Shown in pieces: positions 21,038 through 33,269 of a DNA stretch of 64,000 nucleotides. The stretch covers positions 310,001 to 374,000 of the forward strand of contig CBFDEM010000030.1 in assembly GCA_965603825.1 (NCBI GenBank), written 5' to 3'. Origin of the DNA: Blepharisma stoltei ATCC 30299 (lineage: Eukaryota; Protista; Ciliophora). Both the position numbers and the translations under genes were made by a program. The notes under the pieces are model-generated. The model ran no database searches. It saw only the letters and a program-made list of their open reading frames with translations, and was not told where the DNA came from. Every line of letters starts with the position of its first letter. Positions within the stretch are counted from its first letter, which is position 1.

Positions 21038-22018
21038 ATGGAAAATCAAAGAAAATTTTTATCTCCTTACACTAGAGGTCAAAAGAATTTGCAAAATCCA
21101 GATCAGCAATCCTTAAAAAACTCACAAAATTCCTTTGAAATGATTTCTAACACTGATGAAGACTTCAACTCATCATTTGCAAAAGGCCTTGCTTCATCAT
21201 TGCTCCTTAAGACACTTACATCAATTTCATTTAGGCTAAAACGGAAATCTTTAGACCAATGAAAACGAAGGACATGCTTTGAATTAAATCACCCTCTTTG
21301 CTACAAAATAATATCAAGTCCATCAAGACTAAGAGAAAATAAAATAATCGAAAAAATGCTGAGATCATATACGAGATTTTTTTCACGCAAAGTAACAAGA
21401 TCTTTTAATTTGTGGAAAGTCCAACTAAAAAAATCAAAAAATGATCGAAAATTGACTGGGATTACTCTGATTTTTGAGTATGGGAGAAAAATTATGAACT
21501 TTGGATTTATGAAAATATGGAACCAAGCTGTAGAGACAGAGAAAAGGAATTCAAGAATAAAACTGTCAATAAAATGAGCAATTGCTAGGCTAAATGTTTC
21601 TAAAGGACTTAAGACGAGAAAAGCTTTTAAAAAATGATATATTAAAGTTGCTACAAGCAAAAACTCTTCAAGACTGAATTTAAATATGAAAGTAATGAAA
21701 TTCAAGGTAAAAAACAATTAGAATTACCAAGCAAAGTTATTAGGCAGAATTTCTGGGATTTATAAGAAATTTTCTATCCAGAAAATATTGCATGTGCTGT
21801 ATAATTGAAAAATTTGAACTGAAAACGAAGCTAAAAAGCAAAAAGCTGAGGAATCTTTGATGATCAAACAAATTATGAGTGATAAAAGGCTTCAAAATTA
21901 TAAAGACCTTGAAAATAATTTAGGTGAACAAAGGGATGGGATTATTCTTGCTCAAATTCAAAGACAATTATATGAGATGTGCGCTGAAGTTGTCGATGGC
22001 ACTATTCAATTGATATAA
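21038..22018 (+). CDS. Basic protein with Sfi1-like (L/F)xxW(K) repeats, putative centrin-binding; intron 21707-21721
   Basis: Continuous frame with TGA=W and one 15-nt intron, TAA at 22016-22018; repeats SLDQWK, SFNLWK, AFKKWY, VLYNWK. Confidence 0.65.
21707..21721 (+). other. 15-nt spliceosomal intron
   Basis: GTAAAAAACAATTAG, removes an in-frame TAG. Confidence 0.85.
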
Positions 22019-22292
22019 TTTATTATTTATCTAATTTATTAATACATATTTTAAAATTTATAATAAAACTTAATTAATAGCTATTATATCCACCTTGGGG
22101 TTCCTTCCACTATATTGCAGGCACAAATTTAACTTAGCCTGAAGATTTTGATTTCCTTTCCTACTCCAAGATGAATAGCCAGCCAAGATAGAAAAATAAC
22201 TAAAAAATTATAAAAAGCCAAATCACTAGCAGAGTAAAACCTGTTTCTAAAACATAACCATTTAATCTTAGAATAAATTTTTATAATTTCTA

Positions 22293-24476
22293 TTACCCAC
22301 TAATTAGAGCTTGGTAAAACTCACTTAGCCCATCAGCGTTGATTTCTAGTTTCAATCCCAAGTTATTGAATCTAAAAATAATTTCAATTTTCTGTTCAAA
22401 ATTATCAATTATTTCTTTGGTAACGTTTACCATATAAGGTGTGTCCACAATGTAAGCTTTCATTATCTGCTTTATCGAATTTAGCACATCGCATGCTTGA
22501 GTCGTTCCCCCGCTCTGATCTGGGAAAAATGCCCTTGGGATATCACTTACACTTTTAAAGCTCATCTCTATATTTCCTGACATCAGTAGAAAAGATAATG
22601 GGAAAACACCAGTCGAGATATCACATTTATTCTGCAAAGTCATTATCATTTCTAAAAATTTCACCCAGTGTACGTAGGTGATTTTCAATCGAAATGCTTC
22701 AAATAGCAAATCATTGCTAGTCATTTCATTAGATTGCAAATTTTTTATCCCATTTTTGAACTGCAATGACAAGTCCAAATAATCATCGACTGGGGATCGG
22801 AATACTTTTTCAAATAAAGAAATGTGGTCATGGATCATGCCAAATTTTTCATTATTCAGATCAATCCAAGCACCGACAAATACTTTGTTCCCAACTGCTT
22901 GGGCACTTGCACCAATGGAGTTTTGTAGAGAGTTTCCATCATAAGCGGAAGCCAGGAAGGAGCTCAGTGCAGTTTTGCTAGTTTCTTGAGCCAACTGTGA
23001 GTGAGCTGAGGAGGCGTTTCCTTGTTTAGTTGTAAATGCAACTGCAATCCAACTTTCACGCATATTAAAAGACAACGCTTGGTTAGCTTCCTGCAATATT
23101 TGCTCTCTTTTAGCACTTTTCCCAAGCATTAGGTGGACATTTAGCTTAGGGTCAGCAAAATCTTTGCCAACTCTAACCGAAATTTCTTTTGTATAATAAG
23201 TTTTGTCAATAGTACGTTTACCAATTCCAATATTTCTCAGCAGGTCCAAAGACCCAGGAACATTTGCAGCAAACCTACTGGCAATGCTTCCAGCCATTTT
23301 TTGTATAGAAATTGCTCCTTGGCGTCCTCTTTTCCACCAATACACAAATTCTTGGAAATTTATTTTTCCATCACGGTTAAGATCCATTTCTTGCATTGCA
23401 TTTTGAATTTCACTTTGATTTGGGTTTTCTCCAAGCTGCTCAGTTGCTGATGCAAGCTCACTCATGTCGATATATCCACTTCCATCCTTATCAATTTTCA
23501 TGAACACTTCTTTCAATAAAATATAAAGTTTTCTATCATCATTATACACCTTTCTCATAAAATCGTCCATGCTATTAACAATTGCGATCCCAATTTCATC
23601 AGATAATGGCTCTACGTCCAACATAAGCTGCTCGCTTTCACAGATAACGGCTTGGCTCCATACATATCTGAATTCAGTATTGATTTTTCTGATTTCTTCG
23701 ATATCTTCTGGGGTTTTATAAATATAAGCAATACAGTCTACGACTTTGGGAATATTTTTGGATTTTATGTGAGTTATAGGGAAATCGTTGAAGGTCAGTT
23801 TTTCTGTAGCTCCATTGATTACTACGTTGAATGAAACTGCAGGCTTGTGACGCTCGTTAGCAATTACCTTTTGCTTTGCCCAAATTACTTTGTTATAAGT
23901 TGTGGGAGGCTTGAAGTCAACTAAGCTTTGACTTTGGATAATTTCAGCATCAGATGCAGGGGATTTCAGCCTTTCTAGTTTTTGCTGCGATGGGTTTCTT
24001 AGGATTTTTTGTGACTTTGATTCTTCAAGCTTCAAAGTACCTTCACTTTTCCTCGGCTCGAGTGATTTGAGTGAATTATTTTTTTGGATAGGCTTGATTT
24101 CCGTGTTTTCTAATACAGCAGATTTTAAGTCTTCTTTAGTTTTTTGAATATTACTAGGATTTGGCTGATGACTACTTGGTTCTGGATTTTTAATCTCTGG
24201 AGGTTTCGATACTTTTTCTTGAGGTTTTACTTCTGAAGCTTTAGAAGATTTTTTAGGTGGGGAATTTGGATCTTTTACCCTTGGAGGCGCAGCTGGCTTA
24301 TCCTGTGGCTTTTGGTTAGCTGTAATGACATTTCTTCCTAAAGAATCGGATAAAGATTGTTGGGTACCTATATTTTGACCATTTCTTGGAGTCAGACCAG
24401 ATGGCTTATCTTTTGAGCCTGCAAGTTTATGAGGTTCTGAAACTCTATTGCTTTTCTTAGATCCACCACAGCCCAT
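22293..24476 (-). CDS. N-acylated (MGCGGS) EF-hand calcium-binding protein with uncharacterised C-terminal domain
   Basis: EF loops DKDGSGYIDMSE and DLNRDGKINFQE; MGC start at 24476 preferred over the upstream ATG. Confidence 0.85.
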   Translation of the reverse strand: MGCGGSKKSNRVSEPHKLAGSKDKPSGLTPRNGQNIGTQQSLSDSLGRNVITANQKPQDKPAAPPRVKDPNSPPKKSSKASEVKPQEKVSKPPEIKNPEPSSHQPNPSNIQKTKEDLKSAVLENTEIKPIQKNNSLKSLEPRKSEGTLKLEESKSQKILRNPSQQKLERLKSPASDAEIIQSQSLVDFKPPTTYNKVIWAKQKVIANERHKPAVSFNVVINGATEKLTFNDFPITHIKSKNIPKVVDCIAYIYKTPEDIEEIRKINTEFRYVWSQAVICESEQLMLDVEPLSDEIGIAIVNSMDDFMRKVYNDDRKLYILLKEVFMKIDKDGSGYIDMSELASATEQLGENPNQSEIQNAMQEMDLNRDGKINFQEFVYWWKRGRQGAISIQKMAGSIASRFAANVPGSLDLLRNIGIGKRTIDKTYYTKEISVRVGKDFADPKLNVHLMLGKSAKREQILQEANQALSFNMRESWIAVAFTTKQGNASSAHSQLAQETSKTALSSFLASAYDGNSLQNSIGASAQAVGNKVFVGAWIDLNNEKFGMIHDHISLFEKVFRSPVDDYLDLSLQFKNGIKNLQSNEMTSNDLLFEAFRLKITYVHWVKFLEMIMTLQNKCDISTGVFPLSFLLMSGNIEMSFKSVSDIPRAFFPDQSGGTTQACDVLNSIKQIMKAYIVDTPYMVNVTKEIIDNFEQKIEIIFRFNNLGLKLEINADGLSEFYQALISG

Positions 24477-25289
24477 TATGAAATAATTATGAAAACATAA
24501 CTGAAAATATGCATTTATCTTTTTTCCAATAAAATTAATATTTCTATACATGAAAGTAATATGTCGCCTTGAAAGATAAACTTTATTTGGTATAAATTTA
24601 AATCGGATATCGTATTTTTAAATTTATAATTTAAAAATAAATTTTATTAAAACTCCATCTATTTTCAAAAAATATAACTCGTTGAGAGGATTTTAATTTA
24701 TTAAAATATATTTCCAATACCAAATCACCCTAGTGGCTTCTATATCTTGCTAGTTTTCTGCATGTCAGTGCTTAAATTGCTGGTATTATTCTGAAACGGT
24801 TTTTCGGCTTTGATTATAAAATTTGTTGTATTGTCTTAGATCTCTCAAAATAAATTGAGTCTAAGCAATTTAAAGGTCCCCTCTTGAGCGATTTTCAATA
24901 TGGATAAACGTAAAACTCCTCCCCTTCTTCAAGTCTAAGGGCTAGAGTTAAACTTTCGCATAATTGATTTTGCATCTATGTGATAGCCAGGGTAATCGAT
25001 ATGTGAAGTTCAATAAAATAATTAAAATTGGCTAATGAGAACTTACTGCTGAAGAGAAAATTTGAATAGCGCTATAAAACGCTCCAATAACTAAAATTTT
25101 TTATAAAAATTGATTATTTCGCAATAATTTCATGATTAAAAGATCTTTTAGGCTTATTCAAAAATTTCTCAAAGCCTTGCCTAGGAATTGCTATATTCTT
25201 CTTATTACAATTAAACCTTTGCTTAAATCTATATTTATCAAAATTATTAAAATCTCTCATCTTTCTATTACAAAGCAATTTACACATAA

Positions 25290-25829
25290 ATGAAAAAATC
25301 AATCTACGATCGTCCTGTAAAAACCAAGCGCGAAGTCTCTAAAAGTGCCTTTAATTTTCTTTTCTCAGAGATTGTTCAATATTCTCAGTCCCGCAGCAAC
25401 CGTGATGCCCAAATTCTCACAAATCAGCTGGAAGAGCTCGGCTACCCTTTAGGCTTAAAATTCCTGGAGCTAACGTGTCTACGTGAAAAGAGCTCAACTA
25501 AAGAGCACACCATCATAAATATGCTGCGATTTATACGAGACCCATTTTGACGTACTTTATTTAACAAACCAGCTGGAGACATAGAGCAGAGCACCGTAGA
25601 TGATTGCATGTTCATGATATATGAAGACGAGCCTTCACTCTGCAACCAGTTTTCAAGTGCGCCTAGAGGCCAGGAACGCATAAATTGCTCCGCTTTTGTA
25701 GCAGGAATTATCGAAGGCTTATTAAATGCTTCAGGTTTTGCTGCGAGAGTGACTGCTCATTTTAGTAATGATTCTACTGTTTTTCTAGTAAAATTCGCAC
25801 CTGAAACTATAAAGAATAGAAATGTTTAA
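25290..25829 (+). CDS. TRAPPC5: TRAPP complex subunit 5 (TRS31)
   Basis: SIYDRP..EVSKSAFNFLFSEIVQY, FI..F-W(TGA)-RTLF, INCSAFVAGIIEG; joins two ORF-track fragments. Confidence 0.92.
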
Positions 25830-25843
25830 GAAAAATATAATAA

Positions 25844-26524
25844 ATGGGCTCTTTAAAGATCAAACTTTCCCTGTCAGCTGACCCAGAAGCTCCTCAAGAA
25901 GCAGTTCTCCAAGTCTCGAGCGGGAATTCAGTCTCGCCAAAAAAGAGAAAGCCAGAAGTAAAAAGCGAGCAAATCCCTGCCAAAATCGAACTGCATAATC
26001 GACCAAAACACTGGGAGCCAAGATGGGTCCTTTACAGCAACGTCTTTGAGCACGGGCCAGAAATTTGGCTGAAAAGATGGGTCGCACTTGATGAAATTGA
26101 AGAAGAAATGCAGGTGGAAGAAGAAAAAATCACCCCCAAAATTTATAAGTGCAGCCTCGAAGACTGTGGAAAAGTTTTCAGTGACCATGGGACACTTAAA
26201 AAGCACGCTGCTACACATGGAGAAAGACAGTTCGTCTGCGCTTATGAAGGGTGCGGGAAAAGGTTTTTAGACAATTCCAAGCTTCGAAGGCATCAGCTAG
26301 TCCATACAGGAGAAAAACCATATGAGTGCCAATACTGCAACAAAAAATTTTCCCTCGACTTTAACCTAAGGACCCATCTGAGGACCCACACAGGAGAAAA
26401 GCCTTATCAATGTTCATTCCCCGGATGTCTCAAACGGTTTACACAGTCCAGCAACTTAGCCGCCCACGAGAAGTCTCACCAGTCTAAACAGACGAAAAAA
26501 GAAGAAGAAAAGAAGGCTGAATAA
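25844..26524 (+). CDS. YY1: YY1-like C2H2 zinc-finger protein (4 fingers)
   Basis: FLDNSKLRRHQLVHTGEKP and FSLDFNLRTH match YY1 finger signatures. Confidence 0.8.
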   Translation: MGSLKIKLSLSADPEAPQEAVLQVSSGNSVSPKKRKPEVKSEQIPAKIELHNRPKHWEPRWVLYSNVFEHGPEIWLKRWVALDEIEEEMQVEEEKITPKIYKCSLEDCGKVFSDHGTLKKHAATHGERQFVCAYEGCGKRFLDNSKLRRHQLVHTGEKPYECQYCNKKFSLDFNLRTHLRTHTGEKPYQCSFPGCLKRFTQSSNLAAHEKSHQSKQTKKEEEKKAE

Positions 26525-26550
26525 CTTGATTAGTGATAATATTTGATAAT

Positions 26551-27894
26551 ATGGAAAATCAAGAGCTCATTGATGGCAAATCTCCAGCAGACCATGATAA
26601 CTTAATTGCTCATGAGAAATCAGCAAGACTCTTTATAGAGGCTGAAAATTTCTTTTCAGCGCTGAATGAACTCGCCAAATGCGAAGAAATCATTCACGAA
26701 TTTTCGACGCAAGGAATAACTCCAGACCCAGAGTACGCGATGGCGACACTTTATAACATGGCTTATTGCTACTTTAAGGTAGGGTGCGTCGACAAGGCAA
26801 TCTCGTATCTGGAAGCGTGCTTATGTCCAAGAGAACACCCAGTTTGGAATAGGCTCAGTGAAGAAGAAATTATGGGGTATATTAAGAAGTCAAAGTATAT
26901 GTGTCAGATTAATTTACAAGCAGCGGCTTTGTATTGCCAAATGGGCAACCATGAGGATTCTTTAAATAAAAATCAGGACGCTGTTTTTATTGCAAACTCA
27001 CTTGTGGAGGCAACTGCAAAGGTATATAAGTTTCATATATGTGCATATCAATATAAGAAAAGTAAAGAATATTCTGAGAAGCAGATAGCACTTTATAGTT
27101 TAGCACAAAGGTCAATACCTACACTAAAAATTTTGCTTGAATTTATAAAGAATGGGAAACTTCCAGACTGTGATAGTCCTTCAATCAAAACTTTATTGGG
27201 GATTAAAAATGTACCTGATTGGGTAAACAACTTTACAGTTGGAAATATATTGGATTTAAAGCCAATGAATGTGGACAACTTAAAAAGAAGAGGTAAATTG
27301 CATAATGAATTTTCTAAAGACGCTTTGTTTTCCAAGATATCGTTTGTGTGCCTAAGTCTTTATAACACTGCTATAGAAATCAGACATTTAAGAATGAACA
27401 CATCAGTATCATCAGATTTGAATGCATGTGCTGATTTGTTTATGCAGAGAGCTTATAAGCTTTCCTCATTGTTTTTCCCAACGAATTCGGCCTTTGGAAA
27501 TTATATAAATAATGGAAGCTTAAGAAGAAGCCCTACAAAGCTGAGATCAATTGTAACTTTTAATTAGCCTGAAGAAACAGACGAGTCACAGAAGTCTTCA
27601 CCAGTCAAGCTCCCACTTATCAGAGAATTGTCAAAGAAAAAGCTTTCAATTCCAAAGCCAATGAGAGGTTCTAAAACAGAGAGAATTTTGCCTCCTAGTG
27701 AAAAAAATAATAATTTGTTAGCAAATGTGGCCTTACAAAGACAACTGAGTGAACTGTTTGAAAAGCTTGAAACTGGAAAAATCAAAGTCAAAAAAGTAAG
27801 GCAGAAATCACTGGAAAATAGACAGAGAAATCTGACTCCATATGACAGGAGTCCTTTGAAAATCACTGATACTTCTAATTCAAGTGTAGCATAA
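26551..27894 (+). CDS. TPR-like helical protein with basic disordered tail; intron 27553-27567
   Basis: TLYNMAYCYFKVG..AISYLEAC TPR-like; 15-nt intron joins the 26533 and 27628 ORFs in frame. Confidence 0.75.
27553..27567 (+). other. 15-nt spliceosomal intron
   Basis: GTAACTTTTAATTAG, removes an in-frame TAG. Confidence 0.88.
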
Positions 27895-28753
27895 ATGTTA
27901 TTTAACTATAGATGGTTTTATATATTAAAATCTTGATTTATTGTTATAATATAATAGGACTTAGTATGGAAGTTTTAGAAAATATATAAATAAATCTATA
28001 ATAGATAAAATAATTATAATGTGAAATCTGAATGCAAATGAGCGATAGAGGCAATTAAAATTTTGCAATTTTTGTCCAGTATGCACATACGAATTAAAAT
28101 CAGTATAAAAAGTGCTGATTGAAAATAATTAAATATGGCCAGATAAAGGCATTTGCAAATGAACTATCATCAGAATTTGTTATTTGTGATATTTTTGGAG
28201 CTTATTCTCAATATTTAACCATTTGAGTAAAATACTTTGCACAGATGATTATAATTGAGATATAAAGAGATCATCTTAGACTACATAATTTTAAGATGAT
28301 ATTTACTTATGAAGTTTACGCTCATTATCAAATAAAGTTTATTTCTCCAGATTTATAAATCAGCAATATTTATTGCGGAATCAGTTTTCTTAGAGGACAC
28401 TTATTCAAATATACCTTGAAGGTAAAGAAATATGTTATAGGCTCTAAACATTCCAACGATGATGCCTTAGCTATCTTTATTTGCTCAAAATTATTAATTT
28501 AAGGTATTAATTTTTCGACGATTATCCTTATGTTGAAAGATCTCCTTGCTTATACACACAGATTGATTTTATTTTTAATAAAATCACCTCATTATTACTT
28601 ATAATTCCATTTCTGGTGCTATAAAACTTAATGAAACCATAAAGATGTTGCTTCAAATATTATGAAAACAATTTTTCTCAAAATATTAGTTATATACAAA
28701 TCCCATGAAATGATCAATTGCTGAAAATTATGGACGCCTTTAAAACTCATATT

Positions 28754-30079
28754 TTACACTACGCAATTATTTTTCTTCTTGATTTCTTCACTCCTTTCAT
28801 AATTTTCTTTACTCAGCAACTTTATATCTTCAATCATCAAATTAAAAAACTTCAAGTATTGGCATTTCATGCTCGGGTCTTTACGCCTTAACTTCCTTTC
28901 AATACAAGCTGCTAACTCCCCAGCTTTATTAGTCTCAAACCCATTTGTCGTCAAAACTCTCACAATTTGCTCACAAGTTTTCTGTTTCAAGTTAGGATCT
29001 GGACAAAATTCATCCTCTGTATTATAATATTGGCAAGAAATCTCAGGGGATGAAGAAGTTGTTGACTCGCTTGAAGAAATTTGTAATTCTGGTACCATTA
29101 TAGTGCTTTTGGTCTTTTTCAGGCTCTCAGGTATTTTTTTCATAGGACTTTCATGAGCTTTTTTCACAGGAACTTCATGTATATTTTTCACAGGACTTTC
29201 ATTTATTTTTTTTACTGGAGCTTCAGCTGATTTTTTCTCAGGTTCTTTATAGTCTGAGTTCCCTAGCACATGAGATATTATTTTCCTTTTCCAAAACAAA
29301 TATAACTTGTGGGCCAATTTTGCAAGTTCACTCAAAATATGATCATCATTATCAATAAACTCTTCATGAAAATGCTTAATAGCTTTTAAAATTTCTGAAG
29401 AATTCAAAGCTGAGGAAGTTGGATCAGAGTTCAAAAGATAAGAAAAGTGCTCATACAAATTGTGAAGGGTCATTTTATCAATATTCATTTTACTCGTGTT
29501 CGCTGAAGTATACCCAGTTAAAATCTTCTGTAGTTTCATAACTTTATTCTGAATAAATGTTACAAGTGTATAAGGAATTTCTGTGAGCTTCAAACACCTA
29601 TTATTTTTTGTTTCTTTGCTATCGAGGCTTTCTTCAATGTCTTTTAACTCTTTCACATATGATTTTTTCTTTATTTCATTCAAATTAATTTTTGGGGGAA
29701 ATAAGCTTTTATTAATATATTCATTGATTTTTGGCAACTCTGAAATCGAGATTTTTCCATTCAATATGTCGTTGGCTGCTTCAATGCTTTTCTTCAGAAA
29801 CTGCTTATTTTTCACCTTTTTCTTGGCGAAGCAATATTTCGCATAGTTTTCTTGGTAGTCACAAACGTTATTTTCTGATAAGTTCGAGCTATATGTCAGT
29901 TACTGTGAGTTTTCCCCAATGAAATTGACTTTGACGAATCTTGATTTTTCAGCTGCATTTACCCCATAGCCTGGCTCTTCTGCTTGTGTTACCTAAATTA
30001 TTATTACCACTCCAGGCCACCATGGATACCCTTTAAGTTTTGCCCACACTAGCTGGCCCTTCGCAAAGCACTTATCCAT
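28754..30079 (-). CDS. PWWP-domain chromatin protein with TFIIS-N-like and TFIIS-central-like domains; two introns
   Basis: GQLVWAKLKGYPWWPG..VNFIGENSH after splicing; LAHKLYLFWKRK and ELAACIERKL..QY segments. Confidence 0.85.
29889..29903 (-). other. 15-nt spliceosomal intron
   Basis: GTAACTGACATATAG on minus strand; removes an in-frame TAA. Confidence 0.88.
29993..30007 (-). other. 15-nt spliceosomal intron
   Basis: GTAATAATAATTTAG on minus strand, directly after PWWPGV. Confidence 0.9.
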
Positions 30080-30135
30080 AATTTCAAATATTATTAACCT
30101 CACATTTATTGACTTGGGAAATATAAAAAACACGA

Positions 30136-32823
30136 ATGGGCTGCGGTATCAAAACAATGGGAATTAAAGGCGAATACCCAGAAGAAGTGTCTGTGAACCA
30201 AGAGAAAAACAATAATGAAGATTCTAAGTCAACCCCCTTCTTATCTTCAGATCAAGCACGAAAACATCTGAAAAGAAAGGCCGCCGTTATTGATTCGCGC
30301 TTAGAAGCACAAGAATCTCTTGATGCTCCAACCGCTACAATCACAAATAAAATTAAATCAGAAACCGATGCAAACATGATAAACAAGTCTTTAAGCCGGC
30401 ATTTTATTTTCAATAGTCTTACTGATGAGCAACGAGATCTTGTAATTGATCAAATGAAGCACTATTCCTTAGGCTCAAATTCTATCATTTTTGAGGAAAA
30501 CCAGTCAGGCAATAATTTTTTCGTCATCATTTCTGGGAAGCTTGAAGTCCTTATAAAAGGCAAACGCGTAAATATTTTGAAGCCTGGGGATTCCTTTGGA
30601 GAACTCGCACTGCTTCATGATACCCCAAGAACTGCTACTATAAAGACTATTGAAAAAAGCACGCTGTGAGGACTTGACAGAAGAACGTTCAGAAATGCTA
30701 TAGAAGCCCTAAATGCAATGAACTATAATGAAAACAAGCATTTTATCAACAGCATCCCTCTCTTTCAGATATTGACAATGCCACAAAAAGAAGCTCTGGT
30801 CGGGTCTTTGACTTCTATTAAATTCTCTGCTGGACAAAGAATAGTGAATGAAGGAGATCCTGGGGATTTGTTTTATATAATCAAAGATGGGACTGTATCT
30901 TGCGTTGCTCATGGAAGGGAAATTAGGAGAATGGCTAAGGGAGATTACTTTGGAGAGCAGGCTTTGCTTTATAATAGCCCAAGGACTGCGACTATTTCTG
31001 CGATTGATGATGTCAGATGTGCAGCTATTTGAAGAGAAAATTTAACAAAGGCATTGGGAAGCCATCTGCAGCAGATTATTTATAGGAATTCTCAAAGAAT
31101 GGCACTCGATAAGAGTTCTGTGCTTTGCAGGCTTATAAAGTCGCAAGCAGATTCATTGATTGCTAATATGAAAATCCAGTCTTTTGAAGCTGGAACTATA
31201 GTTATTGCAGCTGGAACTCCTTATGGAGAATATTTATGAATCGTTGTCAAAGGGACTGTAATAAAAGAAACCAATCGAGAAATTTTTTCTGAAGTTTTTT
31301 GCTGTATCGGCGACAAAGAAATTGTAAATAATGAAAATAATGGTACGTTTGATGAAAATTTAATTGCTGGAGACAACGTAGACATTGCTATGATAAGTAA
31401 AACAGAATTTGAAGCCTGCATAGGTGGGCAGTATTCTCAAGTAACCTCTAATAATGAGGCCTTAAAAGTGCTCAAACAGATCCAGCTTTTAAGAAGTCTT
31501 TCTTTTGAAAAAATGAATAGCCTGCTCCGGGCTTTGAAAATAGAGCAATATATCGATCGGCAAGTCATCGTTCAACAGAATAACCCTGGAGATTCTTTAT
31601 TTATTATAAAAAAAGGAAAAGTGGAAGTTTTCAAAGACAATCTAAAAATCCGAGCTATTACTAAGCACGACTATTTTGGCGAAAGGTCAGTGCTTTTTGA
31701 TGATTTTAGGTCAGCCACTGTTATAGCTAATGGTATGGTTAGCTGCTGGGTAATCAGTAAGGCTGACTTTCTAGAAATAATTGATGACCAGATAAGGGTG
31801 CAGCTGTTGAAAAGAATTGAGCTCCAAGATGACACAATCAACATTGAAGATTTATCAGTCGTCAAAAGTCTCGGAAAAGGAAACTTCGGAATTGTCACAC
31901 TAGTAGTCCACAATATAAAGCGCACCCTTTATGCACTAAAATCAGTAGACAGGCACAAAATAAATGCCTATGAGCTTCAAGAAAGTCTGACTCTAGAGCG
32001 AAGAATTCTCCAACAAATGGACCATGTTTTTGTTATGAAATTAATTAAAACTTTCAGAGATACTAAACGAATTTATTTTCTGCTGGAATATGTAAGAGGG
32101 ATGGACTTATTTGACGTTTTACGGCAAATGGGGATTGTAAGCGAAAAAGATGCAAGATTTTATATATCATGCTTAATTTATATATTGGAGCATTTGCATG
32201 AGCATGATATCGTATACAGAGATTTAAAGCCAGAAAATATCATGGTAGATGATGAAGGGTACCCCAAGCTGATTGACTTTGGGACTGCTAAAATTGTAAT
32301 AGGGAGAACTTACACTATAGTAGGGACTCCACATTATATGGCTCCTGAACTTATTACTGGCAAGGGATATGGGATTGCAGTAGATTTGTGAAGCTTAGGG
32401 ATCATGCTTTATGAGTTTTTGTGTGGAGGAGTCCCATTTGCAGAAGATGAAGAAGAGCCCTATGAAATTTATAAAAGAATTTTGGAGAGAAACTTGGTAT
32501 ATCCGTCATGAGCAGAAATTAGTCCAAATGCGAGAAATCTCATAGAACAGTTTTTAAGCAAGGATCCAGTCCTTAGGACTGGAGGAAGCTATGAAATTTT
32601 GAAGTGCAATCCTTGATTGAGCGGGATGGACTGGGACAAATTGGTCTGCAAAATCTTGAAAGCACCATATATTCCACAAGTTCCGAATTTGAGAAAAGAG
32701 GCTGACTTAGCTATCAAGAAGCAAACAAGTCTGGATGAATTTATTAGTAAACAGGAAGAACAAGTTTCAGGAAATATTAGAATAAGGAGAGGAATCGCCA
32801 CTGGGTGGGATCTAGAATTCTAA
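30136..32823 (+). CDS. PKG: cGMP-dependent protein kinase, alveolate type (895 aa; MGC acylation motif, four cNMP-binding domains with the third degenerate, kinase)
   Basis: FGELALL..PRTAT, FGEQALL..PRTAT, FGERSVL..RSAT, RIELQD, GKGNFG, YRDLKPEN, DFG, APE, DL-W(TGA)-SLG; five ORF fragments share one frame. Confidence 0.93.
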
Positions 32824-33269
32824 TTTTGATGTAGAATAATTCAAAGCTTAAATAGTTATTAATATGCTGATTAATGTTTCCAAAATCCTTCAACAAAACA
32901 GCTCCCATTATTTTTCTTTAGAGGAATTTACGATGGATATAAAAAGGCCTCATTCGCTATATTCATTGCTTGTAATTCACATTTACTGAAAACTAGAAAT
33001 GAAAAAGTATAGACCTCCAATCCAAGCTGAGTACTTTCTTTCAGGATTAAGTTTTATTCTATCAAATCATTATCGATGATTGAGTATTATATCATTTAAT
33101 TATTATACATTTAAAGTTGTTTTATAAAAAACTGGTGTGTTGTCTATATAAAAAAAAATTTTGGATTATTAGGACTCTAGGGCGTATAAAAATTTTAATA
33201 AAATAATATCCAGTTTAAATCATACAGTTCTGAATCATTAAGTTTTCATTAGGAGTCCATTTAAAATTT

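Noticed and set aside
22085-22262. Minus-strand hydrophobic fragment (GYVLETGFTLL..LFFYLGWLFI), possible membrane-protein relic
   Set aside because: No in-frame start, several stops, too short to assign
27565-27567. Apparent in-frame TAG readthrough (also at 21719 and 51241)
   Set aside because: Each TAG is the 3' end of a canonical 15-nt intron
28754-28770. C-terminal ..NNCVV of the PWWP protein as a CaaX box
   Set aside because: Cys is third from the end rather than fourth
30667-30669. TGA as selenocysteine
   Set aside because: TGA falls at conserved Trp, not Cys, positions and in non-redox proteins
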